From Macrostomum lignano (Eukaryota), in contig NIVC01000140.1 in the NCBI GenBank assembly GCA_002269645.1, forward strand, positions 124,001 to 188,000: a DNA stretch of 64,000 nucleotides, read 5' to 3'. How positions within the stretch are numbered: the first letter of the stretch is position 1; the number at the start of each line of letters is the position of its first letter. Both the position numbers and the translations under genes were made by a program. The notes beneath the pieces are model-generated. The model made no database searches, was not told the DNA's origin, and was given only the letters and a program-made list of their open reading frames with translations. Shown here one piece after another: positions 1 through 12,780 of this stretch.

Positions 1-3000
1 CTGCTGGCACTGCAGTGCGCCATGCTGCTGCTTCCCGACGAGAACAGGGAGGTTTTGCAGTCGCTGCTGTACTTCCTCAAGGACTTCGCCGAGAACGCGG
101 ACACCACGCAGATGAACGCCTCGAACTTGGCAGTGTGCCTGGCGCCCTCTCTGTTCTACTTCCCGCACGAGACCCCGACTGGGAGCGGCCTGTCGCCGCG
201 CCGCTTCCGTCGTGCCACCGGGGTGCCCGATCCACGCGACCTGCAGGACCACAAGGCGGCCACAGCCTGCGTCACCTTCATGATCACCCACTGCCACCAG
301 CTGTTCACAGTGAGTGACCGCGCTGACGGAGGGCCCTGAGTTTTAATACGCATGGATTTTGTTGGCTTCGGAGAGCCGTGAGCTGAGAGAACTGAGAGGT
401 GGTTTAGTTGGCTATAATTCGCTACCAGACCATGTAAACTGGGCTGTCTCGGGCTCAGACTTAGACTCAGGTAGAACCGTCACTGGCCCTCTCTCCCAGT
501 ATAGCTCGGCCCCAATACTGTAGGGGGGAGGCAATCACATGAGCTCGGACAAAATTGCATGTGGCTCTGGAGGACAATATTACCTATGTTATGGGACCAA
601 AAATCTTCATCCAATTCTTACGGCTGCGAGAATTTCGAATGAATTATCTAGCCAGGCTACTACTTGAACAAAGAAAAAGTAATATATTAAATATCACTTG
701 TTGCTAGATAAGCAAAACAAAAACATTAGGATAGTGAAAAACGGAATGTACAGATCGACAATGTGGCGGTACTCAAACTTCTAATTTCATATTTTTAAAA
801 CGTGAAACCTTTAATTCTGTAGAGTAAGGCCGGAAAAAAGACTGCTTCGACTAAGACCTCAGCACCCGTTATCTCTTTCAAATGTCTCTGCTCTTTCTGT
901 TTCTGTCAAAAAATGCTGAGTTGGGCCAGACTCATTTTTAGACTAGAATAAATAAGCCGAGGCAGGTGAGTCTCTTTGATAAAGGGATTCTAGCGACCCC
1001 AAGACTTTCCCTGTGTGTTTGAGTGAAAAAGCAGACTTAGAGCTGACTCTGTTCTAAGTATAGGAGATTCTAAGCTGCCGAGATTTACAGAGGCGGCTGA
1101 ATCAGTTAGATGAAGAGGTTATAGCGACCCCATGACTTTCCCTTTATGTTTGAGTTAATATGCAGAGTTATTCCATGCTGGACTCCATGTCGCGAGGTAA
1201 AGCAAGCTGAATTGTTGTCTTTTCCCACAAAACTATATTCATTTTATTATCGATTTCTCCTCAATCGCAGATACACACGGTTCAAGCAACTTTTCACCCT
1301 TTTCATCGCCAGCTGAAACCAAACCAAACCCTTTATCTTTGCTAGTGTAGAATTGCATCCATTCTGTGTTGGACAAAAATACACTGGCTACCGCCTTGCG
1401 CCCCTCTCTTTCTTTCGCACCTTTGCCTTCTAATGTATCTTATGTGCATGAATTTCTCCGCTTCCCAGCTTCTGTCCGCTTCCCTCTGATATCCCAGCTT
1501 CTCACCGCTTCTTTCTGATAATCCCAGCTTCTCTCCGCTTCTTTCTGATAATCCCAGCTTCTCTCCGCTTCTTTCTGATAATCCCAGCTTCTCTCCGCTT
1601 CTTTCTGATAATCCCAGCTTCTCTCCGCTTCTTTCTGATAATCCCAGCTTCTCTCCGCTTCTTTCTGATAATCCCAGCTTCTCTCCGCTTCTTTCTGATA
1701 ATCCCAGCTTCTCTCCGCTTCCCTCTGATATCCCAGCTTCTCTCCGCTTCCCTCTGATATCCCAGCTTCTCTCGGCTTCCTTCTGACAATCCCAGCTTCT
1801 CTCCTTTTCTTTCTGAAAATCCTAGCATCTCTCCGCTTCGGTCTGCTAATCATAAGTGCATGTAATAGTGTCTAAATAAATGCGCTAGCTATGGTGGAGC
1901 AAAGTGCATGTAATAGTGTCCAAATAGATGGGCCAGCTATAGGGGAGCAAAGTGCATGTAATAGTGTCCAAATAGATGGGCCAGCTATAGGGGAGCAAAG
2001 TGCATGTAATAGTGTCCAAATAGATGGGCTAGCTATAGGGGAGCAAAGTGCATGTAATAGTGTCCAAATAGATTGGGCCAGCTATAGGTGAGCAAAGTAC
2101 ATGTAATAGTGTCCAAAAAGATGGGCCAGCTATAGGTGAGCAAAGTACATGTAATAGTGTCCAAAAAGATGGGCCAGCTATAGGTGAGCAAAGTACATGT
2201 AATAGTGTCCAAAAAGATGGGCCAGCTATAGGTGAGCAAAGTACATGTAATAGTGTCCAAAAAGATGGGCCAGCTATAGGGGAGATGGCACGGGAGACCT
2301 ATGCAATCTGAAGCTCGGCCCCAATACTGTAGGGAGATGGCACGGGAGACCTATGCAATCTGAAGCTCGGCCCCAATACTGTAGGGAGATGGCACGGGAG
2401 ACCTATGCAATCTGAAGCTCGGCCCCAATACTGTAGGGAGATGGCACGGGAGACCTATGCAATCTGATGCTCGGCCCCAATACTGTAGGGAGATGGCACG
2501 GGAGACCTATGCAATCTGATGCTCGGCCCCAATACTGTAGGGAGATGGCACGGGAGACCTATGCAATCTGATGCTCGGCCCCAATACTGTAGGGAGCTGG
2601 CACGGGAGACCTATGCAATCTGAAGCTCAGGCTATGAAGTCGCACCCGCTCCACAGGTGTCAGAAGAGCTCTACCGACAAGCCGCATTCTCCGCCGTGGA
2701 GCTGGCGGAACCGCCCGCCCTGGACTCGCTGGCCCCCGTGGACGCATCGCAGCGACGGCACTGCTTCGCCTTCGTGGATAACCACGCCCAGATGGTCGGC
2801 CGCGAGTGCTCTGAAGGTGCCGCCAAGTGGACGCCATTCAGCAGCCGCTGCGGTGTCGAGACCTTCTGCAAGAAGCTGGACGATAAGTGCCCGCTGCGCC
2901 TGTGGAAGGCTGTCATGAATGTGGAGGCTGACCCGACCAGAATCCTCAACAGGATTGTACAGGACAAGTGAGCTGCTGGGAGCGTTTATATGGAATGCCG

Positions 3001-4257
3001 AATTCTCTTGGTGGGGCTATTGGGAGGTTATATGATTATCAAAACTGTCGATGAGATTACCGATATTGAGAGGTTGGATTATCTTGACTGACGGTGGAAT
3101 TATCGTGACTGACGGTGGGATTATCGTGACTGACGGTGGGCTTATTGTGACTGATGGTGGGATTATCGTGACTGACGGTGGGATTATTATGACTGACGGT
3201 GGGATTATCGTGACTGACGGTGGGATTATTATGACTGACAGTGGGATTATCGTGACTGACGGTGGGATTATCGTGACTGACGGTCGGCTTATCGTGACTG
3301 ACGGTGGGATTATTATGACTGACGGTGGGACTATTGTGACTGACGGTGGGATTATCGAGACTGACGGTGGGATTATCGTGACTGACGGTCGGCTTATCGT
3401 GACTGACGGTAGGATTATTGTGACTGACGGTGGAATTATCAAAACTGTCGATGAGTTTACCGATATTGAGAGGGTGGATTATCCTGACTGACGGTGGGAT
3501 TATTATGACTGACGGTGGGATTATCGTGACTGACGGTAGGATTATTATGACTGACGGTGGGATTATTGTGACTGACGGTGGAATTATCTTGACTGACGGT
3601 GGGATTATCGTGACTGACGGTGGGATTATCGTGACTGACGGTGGGATTATCGTGACTGACGGTGGGATTATCGAGGCTGACGGTGGGATTAGCGAGACTG
3701 ACAGGTTGGGATTATTGTGGAATTTTGTGGCTGGCAGGGTGGGATTATTGTGGAATTTTGTGGCTGGCAGGGTGGGATTATTGTGGAATTTTGTGGCTGG
3801 CAGGGTGGGATTATTGTGGATGGCAGGGTGGGATTCTGCTACAACTGATGATGGACGCCCGCCCCTCCCAAGCAGAGCCTCTTGGGACCCGGACGTACTG
3901 AATTCAGAGCTGGTGGAGATGATCGACGACAACTCGGATGTGACCCGCTTCACGCTGACGTCGCCACCCGCCCAGCCCGCCAGGGAGCAGTGCGTGCTGC
4001 GGGCCTGGCGCTCCGCCGGCTCCCACAGCCACTGCCTGTACACGGCCTCCGTGCGGCTGCCACCCACCCCTCTGACGCTGCCGACGCTGATCCTGAACGA
4101 AGACTGGCTGATCGAGGCCTGCGGGCCCGGCAACTCGCGGGTGACGCTGCTGTCCCGGGTGGACCTGCGCGGCCACAGCCTGGAATGGTACAACAGGACC
4201 TGGGGCCACAGCATCGCCAGGCAGCTCGTGCACCTCAAGAAGTCCTTCGCTGACTGA
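1..4257 (+). CDS. DLC1/STARD13: 3' part of a DLC1/STARD13/crossveinless-c family RhoGAP-START protein (5' end lies outside the window)
   Basis: Exons <1-309, 2657-2967 and 3876-4257 join in frame at GT-AG junctions (phase 0, phase 2). The RhoGAP C-terminus reads LLPDENREVLQSLLYFL...QMNASNLAVCLAPSLF. The START domain reads PLRLWK...WDPD...LIEACGPGNSRVTLLSRVDLRGHSLEWYNRTWGH...KKSF. Assignment is family-level only. Confidence 0.9.
1453..1845. repeat. Intronic minisatellite, ~30-bp unit (ttctctccgcttctttctgataatcccagc)
   Basis: Directly visible tandem copies in the 310-2656 intron of the RhoGAP gene. Confidence 0.9.
1855..2281. repeat. Intronic minisatellite, 48-bp unit (aagtgcatgtaatagtgtccaaatagatgggccagctataggggagca)
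   Basis: About 9 tandem copies. Confidence 0.9.
2280..2630. repeat. Intronic minisatellite, 52-bp unit (gggagatggcacgggagacctatgcaatctgaagctcggccccaatactgta)
   Basis: About 6.5 tandem copies ending ~26 nt before the acceptor at 2656. Confidence 0.9.
3035..3837. repeat. Compound intronic minisatellite: 21-bp unit (gactgacggtgggattatcgt) followed by a 33-bp unit
   Basis: Visible tandem copies in the 2968-3875 intron; these arrays generate the long repetitive ORFs in the track. Confidence 0.9.
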
Positions 4258-4817
4258 GGCTGCCGCCGCCGGCTACTCCGCATTTACATTTCGCCAGCGG
4301 GAGGCGCCTTTCTCACGTACCCCAACTCGTGTGCTGACTACTTACAGTAGGCTTGTGCTTGACTCTGGCACTCTGTAGCATAAACCAATCCAGACTTCTC
4401 AGTTTCCATGCGCTGCTTGCAATCTGTCTGCTTTACCTGTACACTTGTTGCGCAGCCCCTCTTCTCAGCCAGATCTTTCGTCTTTATCCTCTATTAGATT
4501 GTTCTCCCCTTCCCGTTTTATCCCGCCTCATCTACTTGAGTTTTCCCTCCCTTGCGCCCCATCGCTTTATTAAGAATTTCTCCCAGTTGCGCTGCAGGAA
4601 GTTCAGTTGTTCGAAAATAAAAAGGACGCAGGCTTTGCCAGTCTCAGTAACTCGTACTCAGCATGCGCTGCTCCAAGCTTAACTCAGCTTATCTGGGTGA
4701 CAACCGGCGCTGCGGGTGGCTGCGTTCGCCTTTCTCACTGAGCAGTTGAAAGCAGATTAAATCGATTCGGCGGTCATCAAATAGGAGCTTATTAACTGGA
4801 ATTGTAGCTAATATACC

Positions 4818-5395
4818 AATATTGATGGGCTGCAGAGGGCAGAAACGAGCTATAACGCCGAGGCGCGTAGTGCCGAGGAGCGTTAGCTCGTTTCTGCCCG
4901 ATGCGGCCCATCCATATTAGTGTTATAGTTAGCGGGCGTGAAACCGCGTTTCACAGCCCGTTGAGACTGTCTATGGTAAAATCCCATTAACTCCAATGCA
5001 TTTAGTTGGTTTCACGGCCCGCTGAAAATGTCTAAGGCAAATTCAAAAGAAAGCGGTGTCAAGGGGGCGCTGAGCCCCCTTGCGGGGGTGTGGGGGCGGA
5101 GCCGCCACATTAGCACTCCAGCACTCTAGACAAAGAAAGAAAGAACAAAATCTAAAAATTGTCTATGGCCAAAACTCCTTATTTTACGAATTGAAAAAAA
5201 TTGATAACTGATACTAAGCATCATTTAGCAGTACTAAGCTTTACTTTCAAAATCTACAAGTTGTAGAAACATTAACTAGATACTTATATGCATACGAGTT
5301 TTTTTACTTATGGAAGTCGGCCATAGATATTGCAGCGGGCGGGATGCCATGCGTTTCACCCCGTTTCAACACGCCTAGACTAACTATAATACCAC
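4818..5395. mobile_element. Probable non-autonomous DNA-transposon relic with a ~100-nt hairpin and imperfect inverted repeats
   Basis: Perfect 14-bp stem at 4837-4850/4886-4899 with imperfect outer arms. Imperfect inverted repeats ttatagttag (~4924) and ctaactataa (~5378). No coding capacity or TSD identified. Confidence 0.4.
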
Positions 5396-6136
5396 ATTAT
5401 TACCATATAGATACCATATTATCATATATGATTGCTACTATCTGGGGAGATGAGATAAAATCCGTTATAATTTATTATTTCATAGAAATGTGAAAATCCG
5501 AGCTGACAGGAAAAGCATCTTGCTCAGGTTATGAAGAGCTGTCTGGCTTGAGAGTCAATTGGTTGTTGGCTGCGAGCGTGTTAATAAAAATGATATAAAA
5601 TGACAAACCTACTCCAAGCACTCACGTTACTCATCCTTGGTGTAATAAATCAGACTTTTACTCGTCACAGGCAATAATCCACGGATACAAATTTCTCAAT
5701 GAGATAAAAAATATGTTTAAGTTAACTTTAGATTTCATTTTATCTTTAACTTGAAGTTACACGGAAAAATCCTCTGAAGTGCTTATCTGAGGCAGCTCAA
5801 ATTTGAGTTGCTTCAAAAGTTTAACAACCGCAATACACGGAAAGCACCCACATCAAGAGGTGTATCAATCAGTCAAATCAGTAAATATTGGCCATCCAGT
5901 GAGCCAATAAGCAACTGTAAGAACTGCAATTGGTTTAAATGCATTGGCATCGCCGGGAATTCTTGCAAAGAATCAATCTTCTCGCTTTTTCATTGCAGAA
6001 TTGCCATAGACTAAGCACTAAATGTCGCTCTATTTAGCCGAATTAGCTCCCGAGTACCCAACGTCGGCGCATGATTGCATGTATTCCCTGCTGAACCACC
6101 AAGATTGCACTGCGCCAGGCACTCATTTATTGACCA

Positions 6137-9100
6137 ATGGAGTGGAACGCCCTGCCCCCGAATGTCGGCTTCGACTTTGATGTTGACGCAAAGAGCGGCT
6201 ATCTGAATCGCTTCGTGGTAGCGCCAAGCACCCACACCGGTGAGTGGGCCGGCCTGCTGCGCTATTTCACCAGACCTGTGGATCAGAAGCCCTGGGATCT
6301 CAAGCGGACTTACCTGGATGTGGAAGCTGAGTTTGTCTGCTGCTGTCCCAAGCTGCTGGGAGACAAGCCTGGCGGACTGGTTGTACATCTGCTCAGCAAG
6401 AGGTACATGTAGGGGATTAAAGCTTGCAATTTCAGCAATGCAAACTGGTGTCAATAGAATCGCATTATCACTCCAGCGGCAAGCGCGGATCAGTTATTCT
6501 GATGAGCAAAATCCTGACTGAAGCGGCCGAGAAGGCGAAGAACTATGCAACTATCGCGGTGGACAAGACAAAGGACATTCTGTACTGCGGTTACAACTCT
6601 AGGTCCGAACAGCAGGCATATGTCGAGGTGTTCACCGATGTCAGCTCGCTGGCCTTCAACTTCCGCAGCCGCCACCCGATCCCGGGGATGCGACAGGCCT
6701 GCCAGTTCTGCCTGCAGGTCAGTCGGGCTGGAAAGCCACTCTGCCTGGTACAGTCAGCGACTGTACAGATACCCAGAGATGATACTCAGTTCATCTTAGG
6801 GATGAAGTTAATACTGATCTCCTGCCCCATTTTGTCTGTACCTGAGTGCAAGCTCCTCATTTCTGTCTGCATCCATCTGATCTGCGTGTGACCTCCTCGT
6901 CAATAATGTCCGTCAGAGCTTCTCAATCCTGTTCGCCTGATCTCATCAATCCTGTTCCCCTGACCACCTCAATCCTGTTCCCCTGACCCCCTCAATCCTG
7001 TTCCCCTGACCACCTCAATCCTGTTCCCCTGACCTCATCAATCCTGTTCCCCTGACCTCATCCATCCCGTCCCCCTGATCTCATCAATCCTGTTCTCCTG
7101 ACCTCCTCAATTATGTCCGTCAGAGCTTCTCAATCCTGTTCCCCTGACCCCCTCAATCCTGTTCCCCTGACCACCTCAATCCTGTTCCCCTGACCACCTC
7201 AATCCTGTTCCCCTGACCACCTCAATCCTGTTCCCCTGACCCCCTCAATCCTGTTCCCCTGACCCCCTCAATCCTGTTCCCCTGACCACCTCAATCCTGT
7301 TCCCCTGACCCCCTCAATCCTGTTCCCCTGACCCCCTCAATCCTGTTCCCCTGACCACCTCAATCCTGTTCCCCTGACCACCTCAATCCTGTTCCCCTGA
7401 CCACCTCAATCCTGTTCCCCTGACCTCATCAATCCTGTTCCCCTGACCTCATCAATCCTGTTCCCCTGACCACCTCAATCCTGTTCCCCTGACCTCATCA
7501 ATCCTGTTCCCCTGACCTCATCAATCCTGTTCCCCTGACCTCATCAATCCTGTCCCCCTGACCTCATCAATCCCGTTCTCCTGACCTCATCAATCCTGTT
7601 CCCCTGACCACCTCAATCCTGTTCCCCTGACCACCTCAATCCTGTCCCCCTGACCACCTCAATCCTGTCCGTCAGAGCTTCTCAACCCTGTTCCCCTCAC
7701 CTCATCAATCCTGTTCCCCTGACCTCATCAATCCTGTTCCCCTGACCTCATCAATCCTGTTCCCCTGACCTCATCAATCCCGTCCCCCTGACCTCATCAA
7801 TCCCGTTCTCCTGACCTCATCAATCCTGTTCCCCTGACCACCTCAATCCTGTTCCCCTGACCACCTCAATCCTGTCCCCCTGACCACCTCAATCCTGTCC
7901 GTCAGAGCTTCTCAATCCTGTTCCCCTGACCTCATCAATCCTGTTCCCCTGACCTCATCAATCCTGTTCCCCTGACCTCATCAATCCTGTTCCCCTGACC
8001 TCATCAATCCTGTTCCCCTGACCTCATCAATCCCGTTCTCCTGACCTCATCAACCCTGTTCCCCTGACCTCATCAATCCTGTTCTCCTGACCTCCTCAAT
8101 CTTGTTCCCCTGACCTCATCAATCCTGTTCCCCTGACCACCTCAATCCTGTTCCCCTGACCACCTCAATCCTATCTGCATCTGGTGTGTGACCTCCTCAA
8201 GCATGTCCACCTGAGCTCCCCAATCATATCCACCTAAGCTCCTCAATCATGTCTGCATCTGGTCCGTGACCTCAGCTCTGTCCGCCTGAGCCTCCCCAAT
8301 CCTGTTCTCCTGACCTCCTCAACTCTGTCCGCCTGAGCCTCCCCAATCCTGTTCTCCTGACCTCCTCAACCCTGTCCGCCTGAGCCTCCCCAATCCTGTT
8401 CTCCTGACCTCCTCAACCCTATCCGCCTGAGCCTCCCCAATCCTGTTCTCCTGACCTCCTCAACCCTATCCGCCTGAGCCTCCCCAATCCTGTTCTCCTG
8501 ACCTCCTCAACCCTATCCGCCTGAGCCTCCCCAATCCTGTTCTCCTGACCTCCTCAACCCTATCCGCCTGAGCCTCCCCAATCCTGTTCTCCTGACCTCC
8601 TCAACCCTATCCGCCTGAGCCTCCCCAATCCTGACGCCTTGATCCCTGAGATTTTGTCTGCATCATTAACAAATTTTCCACCTGCAGTCGAACAACTTGT
8701 GCGTCTCTGGCTTCGGACCCGGAAATTCGGGCTGCTCGGTGGCCCTGATGAAGTGGGACACTCTGGCGCCAGTCAGCAGCTCCCAGTCTCCATTCTCAGA
8801 TCCCAACAGTCTCTGGTTCGACCTCGAGTGCGACCTTGTGGCTGTGCAGCACAGCAGCGACGACCAGGCGCTGCAGATCGAGACCAGGAAGCGCGGCGAG
8901 CGGATCATGTACACCTTCCCGAAGATGCGGCAGACCCGCCTGCAGCTGTGCAACGACCGCTTCGGCCGGCTGTACGTCCACGCCAGGACGCTGAGCGACC
9001 CGGCTTCGAATCTGTTCGGGCCGCTGGAGCTGTTCTTCTCTACTTTTCAGGTGGACACCCGGCGGACTGCCCTGCCAGCGGATGGCGACCGCCGGCGATC

Positions 9101-9158
9101 GAGACGGCGCAGCTCAGAGGGCGGGTGGCGCAACGAGAAGCAGCTGCAGGGGCTGTGA
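6137..9158 (+). CDS. Uncharacterised ~325-aa protein, possibly an NHL-like/beta-propeller fold
   Basis: Exons 6137-6402, 6477-6717 and 8688-9158 join in frame via GT-AG introns (phase 2, phase 0). Codons are GC-rich and AATAAA lies at ~9175. The motif IAVDKTKDILY resembles an NHL/propeller blade. The true start is uncertain. Confidence 0.6.
6905..8633. repeat. Compound intronic minisatellite: 23-24-bp unit (tcaatcctgttcccctgaccacc) then a ~46-bp derivative unit
   Basis: Tandem copies with a recurring higher-order interruption tgtccgtcagagcttc. Confidence 0.9.
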
Positions 9159-10155
9159 CCTTCCGTTTTTTCATAATAAATGTATTGCCCACTTTTTAAT
9201 TTGATGTTATTGAGGCCATAATAAAAGTACTGGTTGTTTTTTTATGGCTAATTAAGTTCGGCTCATCATAGCAGCTTTCTGGATTGCATAATTAGGCTCT
9301 TTTGCTACATTTTTTCTAAGGTTTTATCAAGCCAATAAATCATAATATAACTAGCTTTTAATCGATCGAACCTATACAGAAGCTTAAGAATGATAAAATT
9401 TATGTAGGAGCCAGACTGTCAATGCCACTGCTAAGTCAAACCTTTTAGATATTTGCGCCGCCAGTACCTGCAAGTTGAGCAGAGTAGGCCGCATTTAGCA
9501 TGCCAGGCCCAGGGTGCGAAATTCAGGCTGGGAGCTGCAATGAACGACAGCCCCGGGCTTGCAGTGGGTCATCTATGCAGATGTATTTAGCCTTCTATAT
9601 GAATATGTTGTGTAACCATATGTATGCATATTGCTCGTACGTTTAAATATCATAGCTACGCATGACCCGTGAAGAATCAATAAAACAAAGGATGTCAAGC
9701 GAACACAGGCAAATAATGTAGACAGGTGCAACTATTTAAATGACTGTGAACTGCAGCACAGCAAGGCAAAAGATTTATCTAGCATGGGCAGTAAAATTTA
9801 TATGCATTCGATATAAAAGTGCGGCATGGGACATTGAATGCAAGAGGTTCGCGGGAGCGGATGGTTTGCAGTAGGGCGAATGCTTGAAGTTCCGGTGAAA
9901 TTCGAGTAAGGCCAAAACTTGTCAGCACCTACAGGGAATCGTTGGGCAGCTGGCCAGCAGCTCAGAAATGATGAGGCTTTAAGTCTGGCTCAGCCACAAA
10001 ATCAATAAAAAGACAGAAGATAGGACGGAGCACTGGACAATCAGGCAGATGAATCCCAGCATTCTCAGCAAAATAAAACACAGCAGAGCATCAAGCTACA
10101 TGTGCGATGGTCCTGTCATTACACGGCTATCTGAGATCGCCATGCCTGCAGTCGG

Positions 10156-12780
10156 TCACTCGGCAGAGGCGCGCAGCGCAGGAGCTGCCGCCGAGCCCAG
10201 CAGCGACTGCGTCCCCGCGATGAGCTGCTCGATGCGCTTGGCCTGGCTCAGGAGGTCCTGCTGCATCGCAGCCGCTGTGGCCTCGGCTGCCTGCGCGGCC
10301 GCCACCTCCTCGCTGACGGAGGCATCCCGGCTGCGGCTGCGAAGCATCGGTGGCGGCGACGGCGACACCGGCGGCCTGCGGCGATAGTCGGCGGTGGCAA
10401 AGGCGGCCGACGGCTGCTGCGGTTGCGGCGACTCTTCGGAAGTCTGCAGGCGGCCCTGGACGAGGCGACCGCTGGTGACGCTCGCTGAGGTCTGCGGCGC
10501 CCAGTGGGCCTGGGCGGGTGGCGGCGGCGGCGGCTGTCCGTGAATCGAGGCTGCGACGGGCTGCTGCTGCTGCTGCAAAAGCGGAGGCGCCACGCCGTCA
10601 AGACGGGCCACTCGCTGCTCCAGCAGAGTGAGACGGGCGGCCAGGTCGGACACCTGCTGGGCCAGACCGCTAGCTAGCTCTGCTACTCGCTGCTCGGCCG
10701 CCCAAGGGCCCGTCTGTACCGCTCTGTTGGCCAGGCCGGGCGGCTCTGGGTGTAATGGCAAAATAGCTATGGACTCAATGGCAAAATGGCTATGGACTCA
10801 ATGGCAAAATAGCTATGGACTCAATGGCAAAATGGCTATGGACTCAATGGCAAAATGGCTATGGACTCAATGGCAAAGTGGCTATGGACTCAATGGCAGA
10901 ATGGCTATGGACTCAATGGCAAAGTGGCTATGGACTCAATGGCAAAGTGGCTATGGACTCAATGGCAAAATGGCTATGGACTCAATGGCAAAATGGCTAT
11001 GGACTCAATGGCAAAGTGGCTATGGACTCAATGGCAGAATGGCTATGGACTCAATGGCAAAATGGCTATGGACTCAATAGCAGAATGGCTATGGATTCAA
11101 TAGCAGAATGGCTATGGACTCAATAGCAGAATGGCTATGGATTCAATAGCAAAATGGCTATGGACTCAATAGCAGAATGGCTATGGATTCAATAGCAAAA
11201 TGGCTATAGACTCAATAGCAGAATGGCTATGGATTCAATAGCAAGGTGATTATGGACTCAATGGCAAAATGGCTATGGACTCAATAGCAGAATGGCTATG
11301 GACTCAATAGCAAAATGGCTATGGACTCAATAGCAGAATGGCTATGGACTCAATAGCAAAATGGCTATGGACTCAATAGCAAAATGGCTATGGACTCAAT
11401 AGCAAAATGGCTATGGACTCAATAGCCGGTTATGGACATTTCAACATGTCTGATGGACGAGCATTTTCCGGATTCCCGCCTATTGACACGGTTAGCACAG
11501 ATTTGTCGTCTAAAGACCACGCCATTGTGACCAGGCACTTCAACCACCCACTGTCGCTACAGGTCGGGCACGTTGCATGGATTGTGAGGGCCCGTACTAA
11601 CCTCGATTCAATGTGAGTTTTATTCCTGTGTTAGTTATCGACCCTTTACTCATTTCTATACTCAGCAATGCGCGGCCCATGAAGAACAGCGACAAGGCAA
11701 ACAATTTCCTGGGCGGGTAAGCCTGGCTGTCATGCAAACACAAAACAAATTATTTTAATACTAATTGCTCATCTAACTCATTCAAGAGCAGCTCACCATC
11801 CTCGGAGGCCAGCACAGTGGTGACAGGCACGGAGTAGCGGGCGGCCAAAGGGAAAGTGGCTGATGCCGCAGCATGGGAGGCTGCCGGAGCTCTCGGGCTG
11901 GCGCCGCAGCTGCTGGGGTGGCGGGGCTCGCGCACTACCTGAGCCCTGGGCGGCTGGGAGGCGGCGCCAGGCCCAGCCGCAGTGGCAGACCGTGGCCGGT
12001 CGCTCATCGCAGCGGAATTTGAGGGCGCCGTCTCAATGACTTCGACTTCACCGCTTGGCGCCGTCGCAGCTGCCGTGGCCGGCCGCTTGAGCCGCTGCGG
12101 GTCGAAGACGGACCGGTGGACGGCTGGTCGGCGCAGACGGGCCGCCAGCTCGCGGCCAAGGCGGCAGACATCCGCAACCAGAGCGGCCTTGCGGCTGGGG
12201 TAGCTTTGGCTGAGGAACTGGGCGCAGGTGACCGCAGGCCGGTAGCTCAGCTGGTCCCGCAGCACCAGGTACACGGTCTCCAGGAAACGACGCTCGTCCT
12301 TGCCAGCCAGCTCGTAGCCCAGCTTGTTGAGGTGGCCGGTGAGGGCTGGGCTGAAGTCGCAGAACAGGTGGCGCAGCACGGACACCAGATCTGAGTGGGC
12401 CCCCTTGGCAAGGCTGCAAGTGCGGGGAAAGGATTCCGCCATGAGAGTATGTGGACCTACAGACAGGACTCAGTCATGAGAACCTGTAGAGACAGACAGG
12501 ACTCAGTCATGAGAATCTGTAGACAGACAGGACTCAGTCATGAGAAACTGTAGAGACAGACAGGACTCAGTCATGAGAAAATGTAGGACGGGATTTCAGT
12601 GGCAGAGAGTAAATATTTTTATTTCAATAACATGTGAAGCAGGAAGGCAGGCAAAAATTCGCACCCATGATAGTCAATGGAGCCTGGAAACTTGACTCTT
12701 CGGACCTCCTGCTGCAGACAGTCGAGGCTGTTCTTCAGGTCTGCATTGGAGACAGTCACGCTGCTGCTTCCACCTTTCAT
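10156..12780 (-). CDS. CEP44: Centrosomal protein of 44 kDa
   Basis: Exons 12780-12665, 12413-11797 and 10745-10156 join in frame (phase 2, phase 1). The N-terminal domain DLKNSLDCLQQEVRRVKFPGSIDYHGLAKG...ELAGKDERRFLETVYLVLRDQLSYRPAVTCAQF matches the CEP44 pattern, followed by a low-complexity linker and coiled-coil segments. Confidence 0.88.
10753..11425. repeat. Intronic minisatellite, 23-bp unit (ggctatggactcaatggcaaaat)
   Basis: About 29 tandem copies in CEP44 intron 2, running almost up to the acceptor AG at 10747-10746. Confidence 0.92.
12452..12585. repeat. Short 31-33-bp tandem repeat (agacagacaggactcagtcatgag...)
   Basis: Four copies in CEP44 intron 1. Confidence 0.8.

Noticed and set aside
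3017-3875. Long ORFs 3057-4283(-), 3051-3491(+) and the N-terminal part of 3430-4257(+)
   Set aside because: They are stop-free frames of 21- and 33-bp minisatellites; only 3876-4257 matches the START domain and it has a proper acceptor
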